64,000 bases of DNA from an uncultured Methylomirabilota bacterium (GTDB lineage Bacteria; Methylomirabilota; Methylomirabilia; Methylomirabilales; 2-02-FULL-66-22), in the NCBI GenBank assembly GCA_963845565.1, contig CAWJSJ010000001.1, forward strand, positions 1 to 64,000, given 5' to 3'. Of this stretch, positions 50,555-60,721 are shown piece by piece; position 1 is the first letter of the stretch, and every line of letters starts with the position of its first letter. Under the pieces are notes generated by a model. That model did not search any database, was not told where the DNA came from, and saw only the letters and a list, made by a program, of their open reading frames with translations. The position numbers and the translations under genes were made by a program.

Positions 50555-51043
50555 GTGCGTCGCTACGATCTGATCAGCACGCTGTTTCTGATGGGGCTCG
50601 CCGTCTACGTGACGCTCAGCGGGGTCCGGCTGGGATTCGGCGAGTGGCGCGAACCGGGGCCGGGTTTTCTGGCGGTGCTCTCGGGCCTCACGCTCGGGGC
50701 GCTGGCCGGCGTCTGGTTCGGGATGACGCTGGTCAAGCGGTGGGGGGATGGGGGCGGAGCGCGCCGGTTCATTGCCGATGCGGGAGGTTTCCGCAAGGTC
50801 GGCCTGACGGCGGGGGCGCTAGTGGCGTTCGCGTTCCTTCTGGAGCCTCTGGGGTTTCCCCTGGCGACGCTCGCCTTCATGGTGTTCCTGCTGCGCGCCA
50901 TCGAGCCGCAGCGCTGGGGGCTGACACTGACGCTCTCGATCGTGACGATGGTCCTCTGCGTCCTCGTCTTCCAGGTCTGGCTGCAGGTGCAGTTCCCCGA
51001 AGGGCCGGTGAACATCCATACGCTCCGGAAGTGGATCTTCTAG
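50555..51043 (+). CDS. tctB: Tripartite tricarboxylate transporter small membrane subunit
   Basis: PGPGFL motif; four hydrophobic segments; F..WL.VQFPEG end; directly upstream of tctA. Confidence 0.85.
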   Translation: MRRYDLISTLFLMGLAVYVTLSGVRLGFGEWREPGPGFLAVLSGLTLGALAGVWFGMTLVKRWGDGGGARRFIADAGGFRKVGLTAGALVAFAFLLEPLGFPLATLAFMVFLLRAIEPQRWGLTLTLSIVTMVLCVLVFQVWLQVQFPEGPVNIHTLRKWIF

Positions 51044-51044
51044 C

Positions 51045-52547
51045 ATGGACACCATCGCGAGTCTCGCCAGTGGCTTCTGGGTCGCCGTGCAGCCGGTGAA
51101 TCTGCTGGTGTGCTTCGTCGGGGTGTTCATCGGGACGCTGATCGGCGTGCTGCCAGGCATCGGTCCGCTGGGGGCCATCGCGTTGCTCCTGCCGTCCACG
51201 CTGTACGTCTCGCCCGTCTCGTCGCTCATCCTGCTCTGCGGGATTTATTACGGGGCAATGTACGGGGGGTCGACGACCTCCGTGCTCCTGAACATCCCCG
51301 GCGAGGCGGCGAGCGTGGTCACCTGCATCGACGGCTACGAGATGGCGAAGCAGGGTCGCGCGGGCCCGGCGCTGGGTATCGCCGCCTTTGGCTCCTTCAT
51401 CGGCGGAACGATCTGCGTGCTCCTGCTCGCCCTCCTGGCACCGCCGCTGGCGCGGTTCGCGCTGCGGTTCGGCCCCCCGGAGTATTTCTCGCTGATGGTT
51501 CTGGGGTTGACGATCCTGATCTATCTCGCCAACGGACCGATCCTCAAGGCCCTGATGATGGCAACGCTCGGCCTGATGCTGGGCATCGTCGGGACCGACA
51601 CCATCAGCGGTCGGCAGCGGTTCACCTTCGGGGTGCTCGAACTGGGCGACGGTATCGGGATCATCCCCGTTGTCATGGGGCTCTTCGGGATCTCCGAGGT
51701 GCTCCTCAACGTGGAGAAGGTCTTTGTCCGCGACGTCATCGCGACAAAGATTCGAGGACTCCTGCCGACGCGGCAGGATTGGCGGGAGAGTTGGGCGCCG
51801 ATTTTCCGGGGGACATTCCTCGGCTTCTTCCTGGGTATTCTGCCGGGCGGCGGCGCCGTCCTCGCCTCGTTCGCGTCGTACGCGGTCGAGAAGAAAGTCT
51901 CGAAGCATCCGGAACGGTTCGGTAAGGGTGCCATCGAGGGGGTGGCGGGGCCCGAGACGGCCAACAACACGGCCACGGCGGGGGCGATGATCCCGCTGCT
52001 CACGCTGGGGGTGCCCAACAACGGCGTGACGGCGCTGATGCTGGGCGCACTGGTGATCCACGGGCTCCAGCCCGGCGCGCTGCTGATGAAGGAGCAGCCG
52101 GCGCTCTTCTGGGGGACGATCGCCAGCATGTACCTGGGGAACGCCATGCTGCTGGTGCTGAACCTCCCCCTGATCGGCCTGTGGGTCCAGGTCCTGCGGG
52201 TACCCTATCCCATTCTGTTCCCGTTGATCCTGCTCTTCTGCCTGATCGGCGTCTACAGTGTGAGTAACAGCGTGGTGGAGATCTGGTTCATGCTGCTCTT
52301 CGGGGTGCTCGGGTACCTGATGAAGAAGTTCGAGTATGAAAGCCCGCCCCTCGTCCTGGCGCTGATCCTCGGGCCGATGTTCGAGAATGCCCTGCGGCAG
52401 TCGCTGATCCTGTTCGACGGGAATCCCACGGTGTTCCTGACCCGGCCCTTGTCGGCCGCGTTTCTGGTCGTGTCCCTCCTCCTGCTGATGAGCAACGTCG
52501 TGCCCTGGATCCGGGGCAAGAAACACCTGCTGGCGGAGGCGGATTGA
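51045..52547 (+). CDS. tctA: Tripartite tricarboxylate transporter large permease
   Basis: GTLIGVLPGIG, IYYGAMYGGSTTSVLLNIPGE, DGYEMAKQGRAG, FGPPEYF, GVAGPETANN, GLQPG. Confidence 0.94.
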   Translation: MDTIASLASGFWVAVQPVNLLVCFVGVFIGTLIGVLPGIGPLGAIALLLPSTLYVSPVSSLILLCGIYYGAMYGGSTTSVLLNIPGEAASVVTCIDGYEMAKQGRAGPALGIAAFGSFIGGTICVLLLALLAPPLARFALRFGPPEYFSLMVLGLTILIYLANGPILKALMMATLGLMLGIVGTDTISGRQRFTFGVLELGDGIGIIPVVMGLFGISEVLLNVEKVFVRDVIATKIRGLLPTRQDWRESWAPIFRGTFLGFFLGILPGGGAVLASFASYAVEKKVSKHPERFGKGAIEGVAGPETANNTATAGAMIPLLTLGVPNNGVTALMLGALVIHGLQPGALLMKEQPALFWGTIASMYLGNAMLLVLNLPLIGLWVQVLRVPYPILFPLILLFCLIGVYSVSNSVVEIWFMLLFGVLGYLMKKFEYESPPLVLALILGPMFENALRQSLILFDGNPTVFLTRPLSAAFLVVSLLLLMSNVVPWIRGKKHLLAEAD

Positions 52548-52719
52548 GGCCCCGGGAAAGCAGGCAGTGGGCAGCTGGCAGCGAGCAGGCGGCAGCGAGC
52601 AGAGCGGCAAGGGCAGAACGAGAGGCGGGAAGGCACCAGGGGCGAGGTGACGAGGATACGATCAGACAATCGACAACCGACAACTGCAGGCTGGCGAGAA
52701 TGTGAAGGAGGGAGGAGCG

Positions 52720-53691
52720 ATGCGCGAGCGAACGTCGTGGGTCATGATGGCGGCGCTGGTTGGGCTTCTGCTGACGGGTCCGGCGGTCGCGGCGGACTTC
52801 CCGACGAAGCCGGTGAACCTGGTGGTGGGTTTCGCCGCGGGAGGTGAGACGGACATCGTCGTCCGCGCGATGAATGACAAGCTCGGGGAAAGGCTGGGAC
52901 AACCGGCGGTCGTGCTCAATAAGGCGGGCTCCGGCGGACTGATCGGGGCGGAATTCGTGGCCAAGTCCAAGCCGGACGGGTACAACTTGCTCACCTTGAG
53001 CCTGTCCCACATCCTGCGGCAATCGGCGGATTCCCAGATGCCCGTGAATGTGCTGAAGGATTATGAGCCCATCTGTCGTTACGTCACGCAGCCGCTGGTG
53101 GTGGTGGTGAAGGGCGATGCGGCCTACAAGACGATCGAGGAACTGATCGACTTCGGCCGCAAGAACCCCGGGAAACTGAGTTTCGGCTCGCCGGGGGTGG
53201 GCAGCCTCGGGCATTTCAGTGGCGAGTACTTCAAGGCCACGACCAAGATCACGTACAAACACGTGCCCTTCCAGGGTTCGGCCCCGCTCACCACGGCTCT
53301 GATGGGGGGACATATTGACTTCCTCATCACGGCGCTACCCGCCGTGGCGGGGAAGATCCCATCGGGAGAGCTGAAGCTGCTGGCGACGTTCTCCGACGCC
53401 CGACTCGCGCAGATCAAGGATGTGCCGACCTTGAAGGAGAAGGGCTATCCGGACCTGGTCCTGCACGGATGGTTCGGCTATGTGGCGCCGGCGGGGACGC
53501 CCAAGGACGTCCTGGAGAAGCTGGGAAAGGCCATGCGGGACACGATCAAGGATCCGGCGATCGTGGCGGCCGTGACGAAGATGGATTTCAACGAAGCGTA
53601 TCTGGGTCCGGAGGAGCTGCGGGACTACATGAAGAGCGAGCTGGCCCGCTTCACCGAGGTGGCCAAGCGGGAGAAGATCGAGATCAAGTAG
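52720..53691 (+). CDS. tctC: Tripartite tricarboxylate transporter substrate-binding protein (Bug/TctC)
   Basis: FPTKPVNLVVGFAAGGETD, NKAGSGG, KPDGYNL, HVPFQG, DVPTLKEKG, APAGTP. Confidence 0.92.
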   Translation: MRERTSWVMMAALVGLLLTGPAVAADFPTKPVNLVVGFAAGGETDIVVRAMNDKLGERLGQPAVVLNKAGSGGLIGAEFVAKSKPDGYNLLTLSLSHILRQSADSQMPVNVLKDYEPICRYVTQPLVVVVKGDAAYKTIEELIDFGRKNPGKLSFGSPGVGSLGHFSGEYFKATTKITYKHVPFQGSAPLTTALMGGHIDFLITALPAVAGKIPSGELKLLATFSDARLAQIKDVPTLKEKGYPDLVLHGWFGYVAPAGTPKDVLEKLGKAMRDTIKDPAIVAAVTKMDFNEAYLGPEELRDYMKSELARFTEVAKREKIEIK

Positions 53692-53856
53692 AGCAGAGAG
53701 CGGAGAGCGGAGGGAAGAGAGAGCCACGAGCCACGAGCCGCGAGCCGCGAACTGAGAACGGAGCGATGAGAGGCGAGAGGTAAGGGCGGAACGGAACCGA
53801 TGATGGTGAACCGACCACGGCCTCGGGCGGTCCCCCGAGGCCATGGTGTTTTTGCC

Positions 53857-54627
53857 CTATTCCATCATCCGCTTGAGATAGGCCAGGGACCGGGGGATGC
53901 CGGACTCTTCGGGCTCCGGGGTCTCGTATTCGAAGCTCACCCAGCCGTCGTATCCCGCCTGCCGCAGCGCCGGGAAGATCCGGTCGTAGTCCACCTTTTC
54001 GTCCGATCCGTCGGGCGCCACCTGCCAGAACTTGGCGTGGACGTGCTCCACGACGCCGACCACTCGCTGGATGGACGGCCAGCCGTCCGTGAAGTTTCCG
54101 GTGTCGAGCAGGGGAATCAGGTGGGGGGAGTTGACCTCGCCGAGGACGCGCAGGAACTCTTCCGCGGTCGGCGTGAAGGCGCCGTGGTTGTGGTTCTCCA
54201 GCCCGAGCCGCACACCCGCATGGCAGGCGAAGTCGGCCACTTCTCGCAAGGCGTCGATCATGGCGGGCCAGCGCTCCTTGCGGTCGCCCTCGGGGTAGCC
54301 GGCGAATACCCGGACCAGCGGCGCGCCGAGCTGCTCGGCAACCTCGACCCACTGCTTGACCTTGGTGACCTCGCTCTGGCGCAGCGTGGGGTCGATCCGG
54401 CCGAAGTCGTTGTGCGCGCCCACGGCGACAATGGACAGGTTCAGCTCCCGCGCCGTCCGCCGAAGCATTGCCAGGTAGGCGGAGCGGGTCTGGGGGAAGT
54501 GGATGTCCTGGAGCTCCACACCCTGGACTTTGAGGTCGGCGGCGCAGCGATGGAGAAAGCGGATCTGATCCATGGCGCCGCTGTCGAAGGAGCGATTGAA
54601 GGTTCCGCAGATGCATCCGAGTTTCAT
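53857..54627 (-). CDS. Sugar-phosphate isomerase/epimerase, xylose isomerase-like TIM barrel
   Basis: LGAPLVRVFAG, LGLENHNH, LLDTGNF, HVHAK, GYDGWVSFEYE. Confidence 0.88.
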   Translation of the reverse strand: MKLGCICGTFNRSFDSGAMDQIRFLHRCAADLKVQGVELQDIHFPQTRSAYLAMLRRTARELNLSIVAVGAHNDFGRIDPTLRQSEVTKVKQWVEVAEQLGAPLVRVFAGYPEGDRKERWPAMIDALREVADFACHAGVRLGLENHNHGAFTPTAEEFLRVLGEVNSPHLIPLLDTGNFTDGWPSIQRVVGVVEHVHAKFWQVAPDGSDEKVDYDRIFPALRQAGYDGWVSFEYETPEPEESGIPRSLAYLKRMME

Positions 54628-55514
54628 GGGGCGAGTCCTTTCGGGGGTCTGACGGTTTTCAGGGCGGCCAGCACCTGCCGGTGGAGCACCACGTTGGCAC
54701 TGCAGACCAGGCGATACACGGCGTGGATGTCGGGCGTGAAGCGGACGGGCGAGCCATCCCAGCCGGTCACGACGCAGCCGGCGCGCTCGGCGATGTAGGC
54801 GCCGGAGTAGACCTCGGTCAGCGCCTCGTTCCAGGCGAAGTAGACGTCGATCCGGCCGGCGGCGACATCGACGAATCCCCCCGGACCGCCGTTGGGGAAG
54901 ATCAACGCGGCGCGCTCCATCAGCGGGCGCAGCGCGGTGGAGGTCGCGTACAGGAATTCCGGTTTCTTCATGTAGGTTTCCAGGAACGCCCCGGTCAGCT
55001 GTCTGGTGGGCGCGGGGCGGAGCGGCACGGGCCGAGCCCCCGGCCGGGGGATCCGGACGGCACCCGCGCGGTCTGCGAGCGCGACTTCTTTCGTGTTATG
55101 GTCGATCAGGCCCGCGATCCGGGCCGACCCGTCCTGCCCGTAGATGCCGACCGCGGTGAACCAGTGTGCCCGGATCCCTCGGCGATACAGGAGGCTCCCG
55201 TCGAATGGGTCCATGACCACGAAGACGGGGTCGGGGATGCGGGGTGTGGGGCTCGATCCTTTGACGAGTGGCCGCTCCCCGGCTTCCTCGGAGAGCAGCG
55301 TCCCGTGGACGCCGGATCGTCGCAGGGCGGCGATGACCGCCCGCTCGGCGGCGGTGTCCACCCCAATGGTTTCAGGATCCCACGACCGGTACCCGGCGAC
55401 GCGTCCCGCCACGACCCGCCTGCCTGCCGCCGGGGTCAGCCTGTTGACGGCCGCATGGGCGGCCTGGAGCGCCCCGAGCATGATGGGGCGCCATGCGACC
55501 GGTTTCATCACCAT
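54624..55514 (-). CDS. Divergent inositol-monophosphatase/FBPase-superfamily protein
   Basis: VDTAAERAV, LLSEEAG, VMDPFDGS, VAAGRIDVY, IAERAGCVVT; exact start uncertain (55508-55514). Confidence 0.8.
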   Translation of the reverse strand: MVMKPVAWRPIMLGALQAAHAAVNRLTPAAGRRVVAGRVAGYRSWDPETIGVDTAAERAVIAALRRSGVHGTLLSEEAGERPLVKGSSPTPRIPDPVFVVMDPFDGSLLYRRGIRAHWFTAVGIYGQDGSARIAGLIDHNTKEVALADRAGAVRIPRPGARPVPLRPAPTRQLTGAFLETYMKKPEFLYATSTALRPLMERAALIFPNGGPGGFVDVAAGRIDVYFAWNEALTEVYSGAYIAERAGCVVTGWDGSPVRFTPDIHAVYRLVCSANVVLHRQVLAALKTVRPPKGLAP

Positions 55515-56257
55515 TCGGTTCCTTTCGTGTCGATGGTCTGGAGCAGGCGCGCGATCTCCGCGACGGCATGGCTGATCCCCCGGTCCCCCAGCACGCGCGA
55601 GACCTTGGACGTGTCGCCCCGCACGCCGGTGGGGAACTCGGTCTCGGGATGGGCCGCGATCTGGAAACGGGAGAGGCGCGGGCGAGTGACCGGCGGGATC
55701 CGGTCCAGGTGAACCAGGTCTTCCGCGACCACCAGCATCTCGGAGGTCTCGATCGAGCCGGCGTGGCCGTCCGTGCCCACCAGGCCAGCTTCCTCCCGAA
55801 TGGGGTCGACAAAGGCGTAGGGACCGATGACCAGGATGCGGAGCGCGGGGTCGGCGTTGACGAGGGGCAGAGCGGCCTCGCGCATGGCGCCTTCCTGGGC
55901 GTCTTCGGCGTGGCCGGCGAGCAGGGCGATCTTGCGGGCACCGTGCCGCACGTACTCCGACAGGATCTCGCGCAGGAGCGGTGTGAAGGTACCCGGCGAG
56001 AGGGAGATGGTCCCGGCGAAGTTCCGCATGGTCCGGCAGACGCCGTAGGGGAACCCCGGCGCCATCAAGCCATGCACCCGCTTGGCCACGGCCAGGCAGA
56101 CGTGCTCCGCGTAGAGGAAGTCGGTCCCGAGCGGGAGATGGGGGCCGTGCTGCTCCACCGCGCCGAAGGGGAGGAGGAGCCAGCGGCCCTCCGTCATCGC
56201 CTGGGCGAATTCGTCGCGCGTCAAGTCGGTGACTCGGTATCTCTGCATGTCTTGCAT
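55508..56257 (-). CDS. Creatininase-family amidohydrolase
   Basis: LLPFGAVEQHGPHLPLGTD, FAGTISL, AGH, DGHAGSIETS, GVRGD. Confidence 0.9.
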   Translation of the reverse strand: MQDMQRYRVTDLTRDEFAQAMTEGRWLLLPFGAVEQHGPHLPLGTDFLYAEHVCLAVAKRVHGLMAPGFPYGVCRTMRNFAGTISLSPGTFTPLLREILSEYVRHGARKIALLAGHAEDAQEGAMREAALPLVNADPALRILVIGPYAFVDPIREEAGLVGTDGHAGSIETSEMLVVAEDLVHLDRIPPVTRPRLSRFQIAAHPETEFPTGVRGDTSKVSRVLGDRGISHAVAEIARLLQTIDTKGTEW

Positions 56258-56395
56258 TCCGTCCTCTCAGGGTAGATGGCAATCAGGCCCGTGGGCAACT
56301 CGGCAATTGGGCGACTGGGCAATTGGGGGGGTGCGGCCGGATTGCCCAATCACCCAATTGGCCAGTCGCCAACGTGCCGGATTGCCGGGTGTCCC

Positions 56396-57466
56396 TCAGT
56401 CCGTCACCGTCCACGACCGCACGCGGCGCAGGCGAAGCCGCACGGAGTCGCCGTTCTGGTACCGATGGCGCGCGTCGCTCTGGACGCGGAGCTCGGCGTC
56501 CTGCCCCAGCCGCAGGCGGTAATCCATGGTGTCGCCGAGGTAGGTGGCCTTCTCCACGCGGGCCTCGAAGAGGTTCGTTTCCGGCGGCGTCTGCGGCGGC
56601 AGGATCTCGATCTCGTTGGGGCGCAGGAAGAGCAGCACCTTCTGCCCCTGGCCGACGCCGGACAGCGCCGGCGTGCTCACCTGAAGGCCGCTCGCCGTGA
56701 CGACCATCTCCGGGCCGCGGACCGCCTGCACCTTCCCCTCCAGGAAGTTCGAGAGGCCGATGAATTCCGCCACGAAGCGCGAGCGGGGGCTTTCGTAGAT
56801 CTCCTCGGGCGTCCCCAGTTGCTCCAGGCGCCCGCGGTTCATGATGGCAACCCGGTCCGACAGGGCCAGCGCCTCGCCCTGGTCGTGCGTCACGTACATG
56901 GCGGTGATCCCCAGGCGCGTGACCACCTCCTTGATCTCGAAGCGCATCTCCTCGCGGAGCTTGGCGTCCAGGTTGGAGAGCGGCTCGTCGAGGAGCAGTA
57001 CCTTGGGGTGGTACACCAGGGCCCGCGCCAGCCCGACCCGCTGCTGCTGCCCGCCGGACAGCTGGCGCGGGTAGTGGCTCACGTAGCCCTCCAGCCGGAC
57101 CAGCCGCAGCGCCTCGATCGCCCGCTTGGCCCGCTCCTCCTTCGGGAGGTTCCGGATCATCAGGGGGAAGCCCACGTTGTCGGCGACCGTCATGTGGGGG
57201 AAGAGGGCGAAGTTCTGGAAGACCATCCCCAGCTCGCGCTGGTGGGTGGGGACGTCGGTCACGTCCTTGCCGTCCAGAAAGATCCGGCCCTCGTCGGGAT
57301 GATTGGTGCCGGTCAGGCACCGCAGGGCCGTGGTCTTGCCGCACCCCGAGGGCCCGAGCAGGGTCATCAGCTCGCCCCGCCGGATGGTCAGGCTCAGGTG
57401 GTCGTTGGCCACGAGCGCGCCGTACCGCTTCGTCACGTCGCGAAACTCGATCATGGCATCGGGCAT
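56396..57466 (-). CDS. ABC transporter ATP-binding protein (PotA/FbpC-like)
   Basis: GPSGCGKTT, VFQNFALFPHM, LSGGQQQRV, LLLDEPLSNLD, YVTHDQ. Confidence 0.95.
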   Translation of the reverse strand: MPDAMIEFRDVTKRYGALVANDHLSLTIRRGELMTLLGPSGCGKTTALRCLTGTNHPDEGRIFLDGKDVTDVPTHQRELGMVFQNFALFPHMTVADNVGFPLMIRNLPKEERAKRAIEALRLVRLEGYVSHYPRQLSGGQQQRVGLARALVYHPKVLLLDEPLSNLDAKLREEMRFEIKEVVTRLGITAMYVTHDQGEALALSDRVAIMNRGRLEQLGTPEEIYESPRSRFVAEFIGLSNFLEGKVQAVRGPEMVVTASGLQVSTPALSGVGQGQKVLLFLRPNEIEILPPQTPPETNLFEARVEKATYLGDTMDYRLRLGQDAELRVQSDARHRYQNGDSVRLRLRRVRSWTVTD

Positions 57467-57469
57467 GCG

Positions 57470-58306
57470 TCAGACTCCCTTGAATCCGCCGACCAGTTTC
57501 TCGGGCTTGGCGCGGCGCTGGATCATGGCCAGGATCACCAGGGACGGCACCACCATGATCACCGCCATGGCGCTGGTGATCTCCCAGTACCCGTCGCCCA
57601 CGGCCAGGTACGTCCGGACCGGCAGGGTGACCGTGTTCGGTCCGTAGGTCAGCAGCGTGAGCGTGAATTCGTTGTAGGAGTGGGTGAAGGAGAAGATCAT
57701 GGAGGCCAGGATTCCCGGCATGATGAGCGGCAGGACCACGTAGAAGAACCGCTTGATCGTGTTGGCGCCGCACACGCTGGCGGCCTCCAGGATGCGCTCG
57801 TCCAGCCCCTCGAAGGTGGCCGAGAGGACCAGGATGGCGTAGGGGGCGCAGACCGAGACGTGGGCCAGCGCGACACCGAGATGGGTGTCCACCAGCTCCA
57901 GAGCGTAAAAGATCTTGGCCACGCCCAGGGCGTAGGTGATGGGCGGGATCATGCGCGGCAACAGGACGATGGCCATCACCAGCTCCCGACCGGGCATCTG
58001 GCGGCGGCCGAAGGCCCAGCCGGCGAAGATGCCGATGACCGTGCTCACGACCACGGCAATGAGCCCGATGATGAGGGTGTTCTTCATGACCTCGGGGATG
58101 TTGCCCACCTCGACGGCCCAGCGGTACCACTCCCAGGTGAGCTGCGGCGGGAACCAGAGTCTGCCGAACCAGCCCTTGCCGACCGAGCGCAGGGCGATCA
58201 TCAGAAACGGGGCGGTGATGAGGAGGGTGAGGCAGACGCACAGGGTATAGCCCAGGATGAACCAGCCGTGGCGCAGGCCGGCCAGGTAGGCGCGCAGGAG
58301 GGTCAT
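57470..58306 (-). CDS. ABC transporter permease (PotC-like)
   Basis: EAA loop ILEAASVCGAN; LPLIMPGI; hydrophobic segments; ATG at 58306. Confidence 0.9.
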   Translation of the reverse strand: MTLLRAYLAGLRHGWFILGYTLCVCLTLLITAPFLMIALRSVGKGWFGRLWFPPQLTWEWYRWAVEVGNIPEVMKNTLIIGLIAVVVSTVIGIFAGWAFGRRQMPGRELVMAIVLLPRMIPPITYALGVAKIFYALELVDTHLGVALAHVSVCAPYAILVLSATFEGLDERILEAASVCGANTIKRFFYVVLPLIMPGILASMIFSFTHSYNEFTLTLLTYGPNTVTLPVRTYLAVGDGYWEITSAMAVIMVVPSLVILAMIQRRAKPEKLVGGFKGV

Positions 58307-59176
58307 CGGACACCTCCGGCGTGTCCCCCGGCGCGGCGCGCGATCCGCATGTACACCGCCAGGAAGGCGACCTGCAGGACGCCCATTACCATGGCGATGG
58401 CCGACGCCGCGGACCAGCGGGCGGGGATCGGAATGGAGATCTGCTTGTAGATCTCCACCGCCAGGGGTCGGTAATCGCCGCCGGCGATGAGCGGCACGCT
58501 GAAGGCGCCGAAGGCGGCCATGAAGGTCAGGACGGACCCGGCGAGGATGCCCGGCGTGATCAGGGGCAGCACGATGTGGCGCAGGACCTGCCATCGGTTC
58601 GCCCCGGCCACGGCGCCGGCCTCCTCGATGCCCGGGTCGAGCGATTCCAGCGCGGACATGGTGGTGACGCAGGTGTACGGGAAATAGAGCCACAGGTAAC
58701 AGAAGATGAGTCCCTGGATGGTGTAGTTGATCCGGAGTGGCGTCGTCACGCCGGGCACGAACTGGAGCAGGAAGAGATTGAACCACCCGCGCGACCCCCA
58801 GAAGAGCAGAAGCCCCAGCGCCCCGATGAGCCCCGGGATCACCAGCGGGACCAGAATCATCAGGCGGTACAGCCGGTGCCCGCGCACCTTCGCGCGCAGG
58901 GTCAAGCGCGAGCGGGACCGACATCAGCACGGAGAGCGCCGTGGACGCGAGAGACAGGATGAAGGTCAGCAGGATCACCCAGCGGCCGTCCGCGTCGGAC
59001 AAGAAGCGGGTGTAATTCTCCAGGGTCCACCCCACTTCCAGCCCCTCGGGCCGGAAGCTGAGGACGACGGTGAGCAGCATGGGGTAGAAGAAGAGGCCGA
59101 AGAAACATATCAAGGCGGGCAGAAGCAGGAAGAAGGTGATGCCGTGAACGGAGTGCTTGCGCCACAAAGCCGTCAT
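58303..59176 (-). CDS. ABC transporter permease (PotB-like), one frameshift near 58905
   Basis: N-terminal part in the frame of ORF 57470-59176 (WTLENYTRF); C-terminal part in ORF 58303-58905 (IEEAGAVAGAN, VLPLITPG). Confidence 0.85.
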
Positions 59177-59269
59177 GCCGTCCTCACGGGGGAACCGGGC
59201 GGGTGGGGGAGGCTGTCATCCACCCCCACCCGGATTGTTATCTGACCCGCACGGTGTGTGAGCAGCCTG

Positions 59270-60406
59270 CTAGGGCAGCAGCTCCTTCGCGTGCCCCTTG
59301 ATGTAGTCAATGACGTCCTTGCGGATCCGGTCCCGCGGGATGGCGGTTTTGGTCAGGACGTCGAGCTTGGGCACCATCTCCCAGGCGATGGCGGGGACCT
59401 GGTCGGTGATGTCGGTGCCGGGATACTGCCACATGGTGGTGATGAGCCGGATCTGCTGGTCGTCGGACAGGAGGTAGTTGAGGACCTTGAAGGCGACCTC
59501 CTTGTACTCCTGCGGGATGCCGGCCGGGACGGCAAAGTAGCCGGTGCCAATCTCGTCCGCGCCTTCCGCCGGATAGGTCGCCCGGATGGTGGGGGGCATG
59601 GTGCCCTGCCGCGCGGACCAGAGGGCGTAGTCCTGCGCGTAAAGGGCGATCCAGGTCTCGCCGGAGTTAAAATCCTCAAACAGATTCACCGGCTCCGAGG
59701 GGAGCGGCGCCTTGGCATACTTCGTGAAATCCTTGAGCTTGTTCCAGGCGTCCTGGAAGGCGGGGTCCTTCTCCAGTTGCTCCATGGGCATCGCCATCTT
59801 GTTGCCGAGGAACGCGTGGAGGAAGACGAGGCGCTGCCGCCAGGCGGCGCTGGACTTGGCGTCCGGCCGGATCAGGCCGATGTGGCCCTTGAACTCCGCT
59901 CGGCGATCGTAGAACTCCTTCCAGGATTTGGGCGGCTCTTTGATGTACTGGCTGTTGTGGATCAACGCGTACGAGGTGCGCCAGTAGAGCAGGCCCTTGC
60001 TCTGAAGATCCACCCCCTCGTCGGACTTGAGGAACTGGGGATCGATCTTGGCCGCGTTCGGGACATTGGCGGCGGTCAGATTCTCCAGGGGGACGCCGGA
60101 CTTGACCCAGGTGGCGATGGACTTGGCGAACAGGATGTGGAAGTCGCCCTGTCCCGGTCGCCACGCCTTGGTCTTCTGGATCTGTTCCGCGTCGGCGGTG
60201 ACGAGGTATTTCAGGTTGACGCCCAGCGACTGCTTGACCGCCGGGATTACGTTCCTCTGCCAGTAGGTCTGGAAGTTCGCTCCAGACATGCTGTCGGCGA
60301 CCACCAACTCGGTCGGGGCGCCGGCCCCCGCGGGGGCGGCCATCGCGGCCCCCAGCACGAGCATCGTGAGGAGCAACATCATCGTGGCCCAAGATCGGAT
60401 TCGCAT
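59270..60406 (-). CDS. ABC transporter extracellular solute-binding protein (PotD/AfuA-like)
   Basis: Signal peptide; [17 protein letters not shown]...[27 protein letters not shown]; first gene of the ABC set. Confidence 0.88.
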   Translation of the reverse strand: MRIRSWATMMLLLTMLVLGAAMAAPAGAGAPTELVVADSMSGANFQTYWQRNVIPAVKQSLGVNLKYLVTADAEQIQKTKAWRPGQGDFHILFAKSIATWVKSGVPLENLTAANVPNAAKIDPQFLKSDEGVDLQSKGLLYWRTSYALIHNSQYIKEPPKSWKEFYDRRAEFKGHIGLIRPDAKSSAAWRQRLVFLHAFLGNKMAMPMEQLEKDPAFQDAWNKLKDFTKYAKAPLPSEPVNLFEDFNSGETWIALYAQDYALWSARQGTMPPTIRATYPAEGADEIGTGYFAVPAGIPQEYKEVAFKVLNYLLSDDQQIRLITTMWQYPGTDITDQVPAIAWEMVPKLDVLTKTAIPRDRIRKDVIDYIKGHAKELLP

Positions 60407-60721
60407 CGCCGCTCTCCTTCCTGACTGAGAGTGCACGTGGACACGACCGTATCACGCGTTTGCTGCGTTTCCCCGCTCCGCCATCACCCCCTTCCACCCC
60501 CAGAGGGCATTCATTCTGCCAAAGTGTTTCACTTCTACCCGCCAAGGTCAAGAGGCGCCGAGGACGAGAGCGAATAGAGCGTAGAGCCGCGAGCCGAGGG
60601 TGTCGAGCCGCGAGCCGCGAGCTGAGAATTGAGAGCGTAGAGCCGAGAGCCGACAGAGGAATTCGACAGGGGCCGAAATGGTTTCCCGCTGTCGGACATC
60701 GCTGTCGCTGTCGTTTCGCTT

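Noticed and set aside
3421..59176. Frequent frameshifts read as pseudogenes, phase variation or programmed frameshifting
   Set aside because: They are single-base indels spread across unrelated genes, including an ordinary ABC permease, with no accompanying in-frame stops seen. Long-read or polishing error is the simpler explanation; raw reads are needed to decide.
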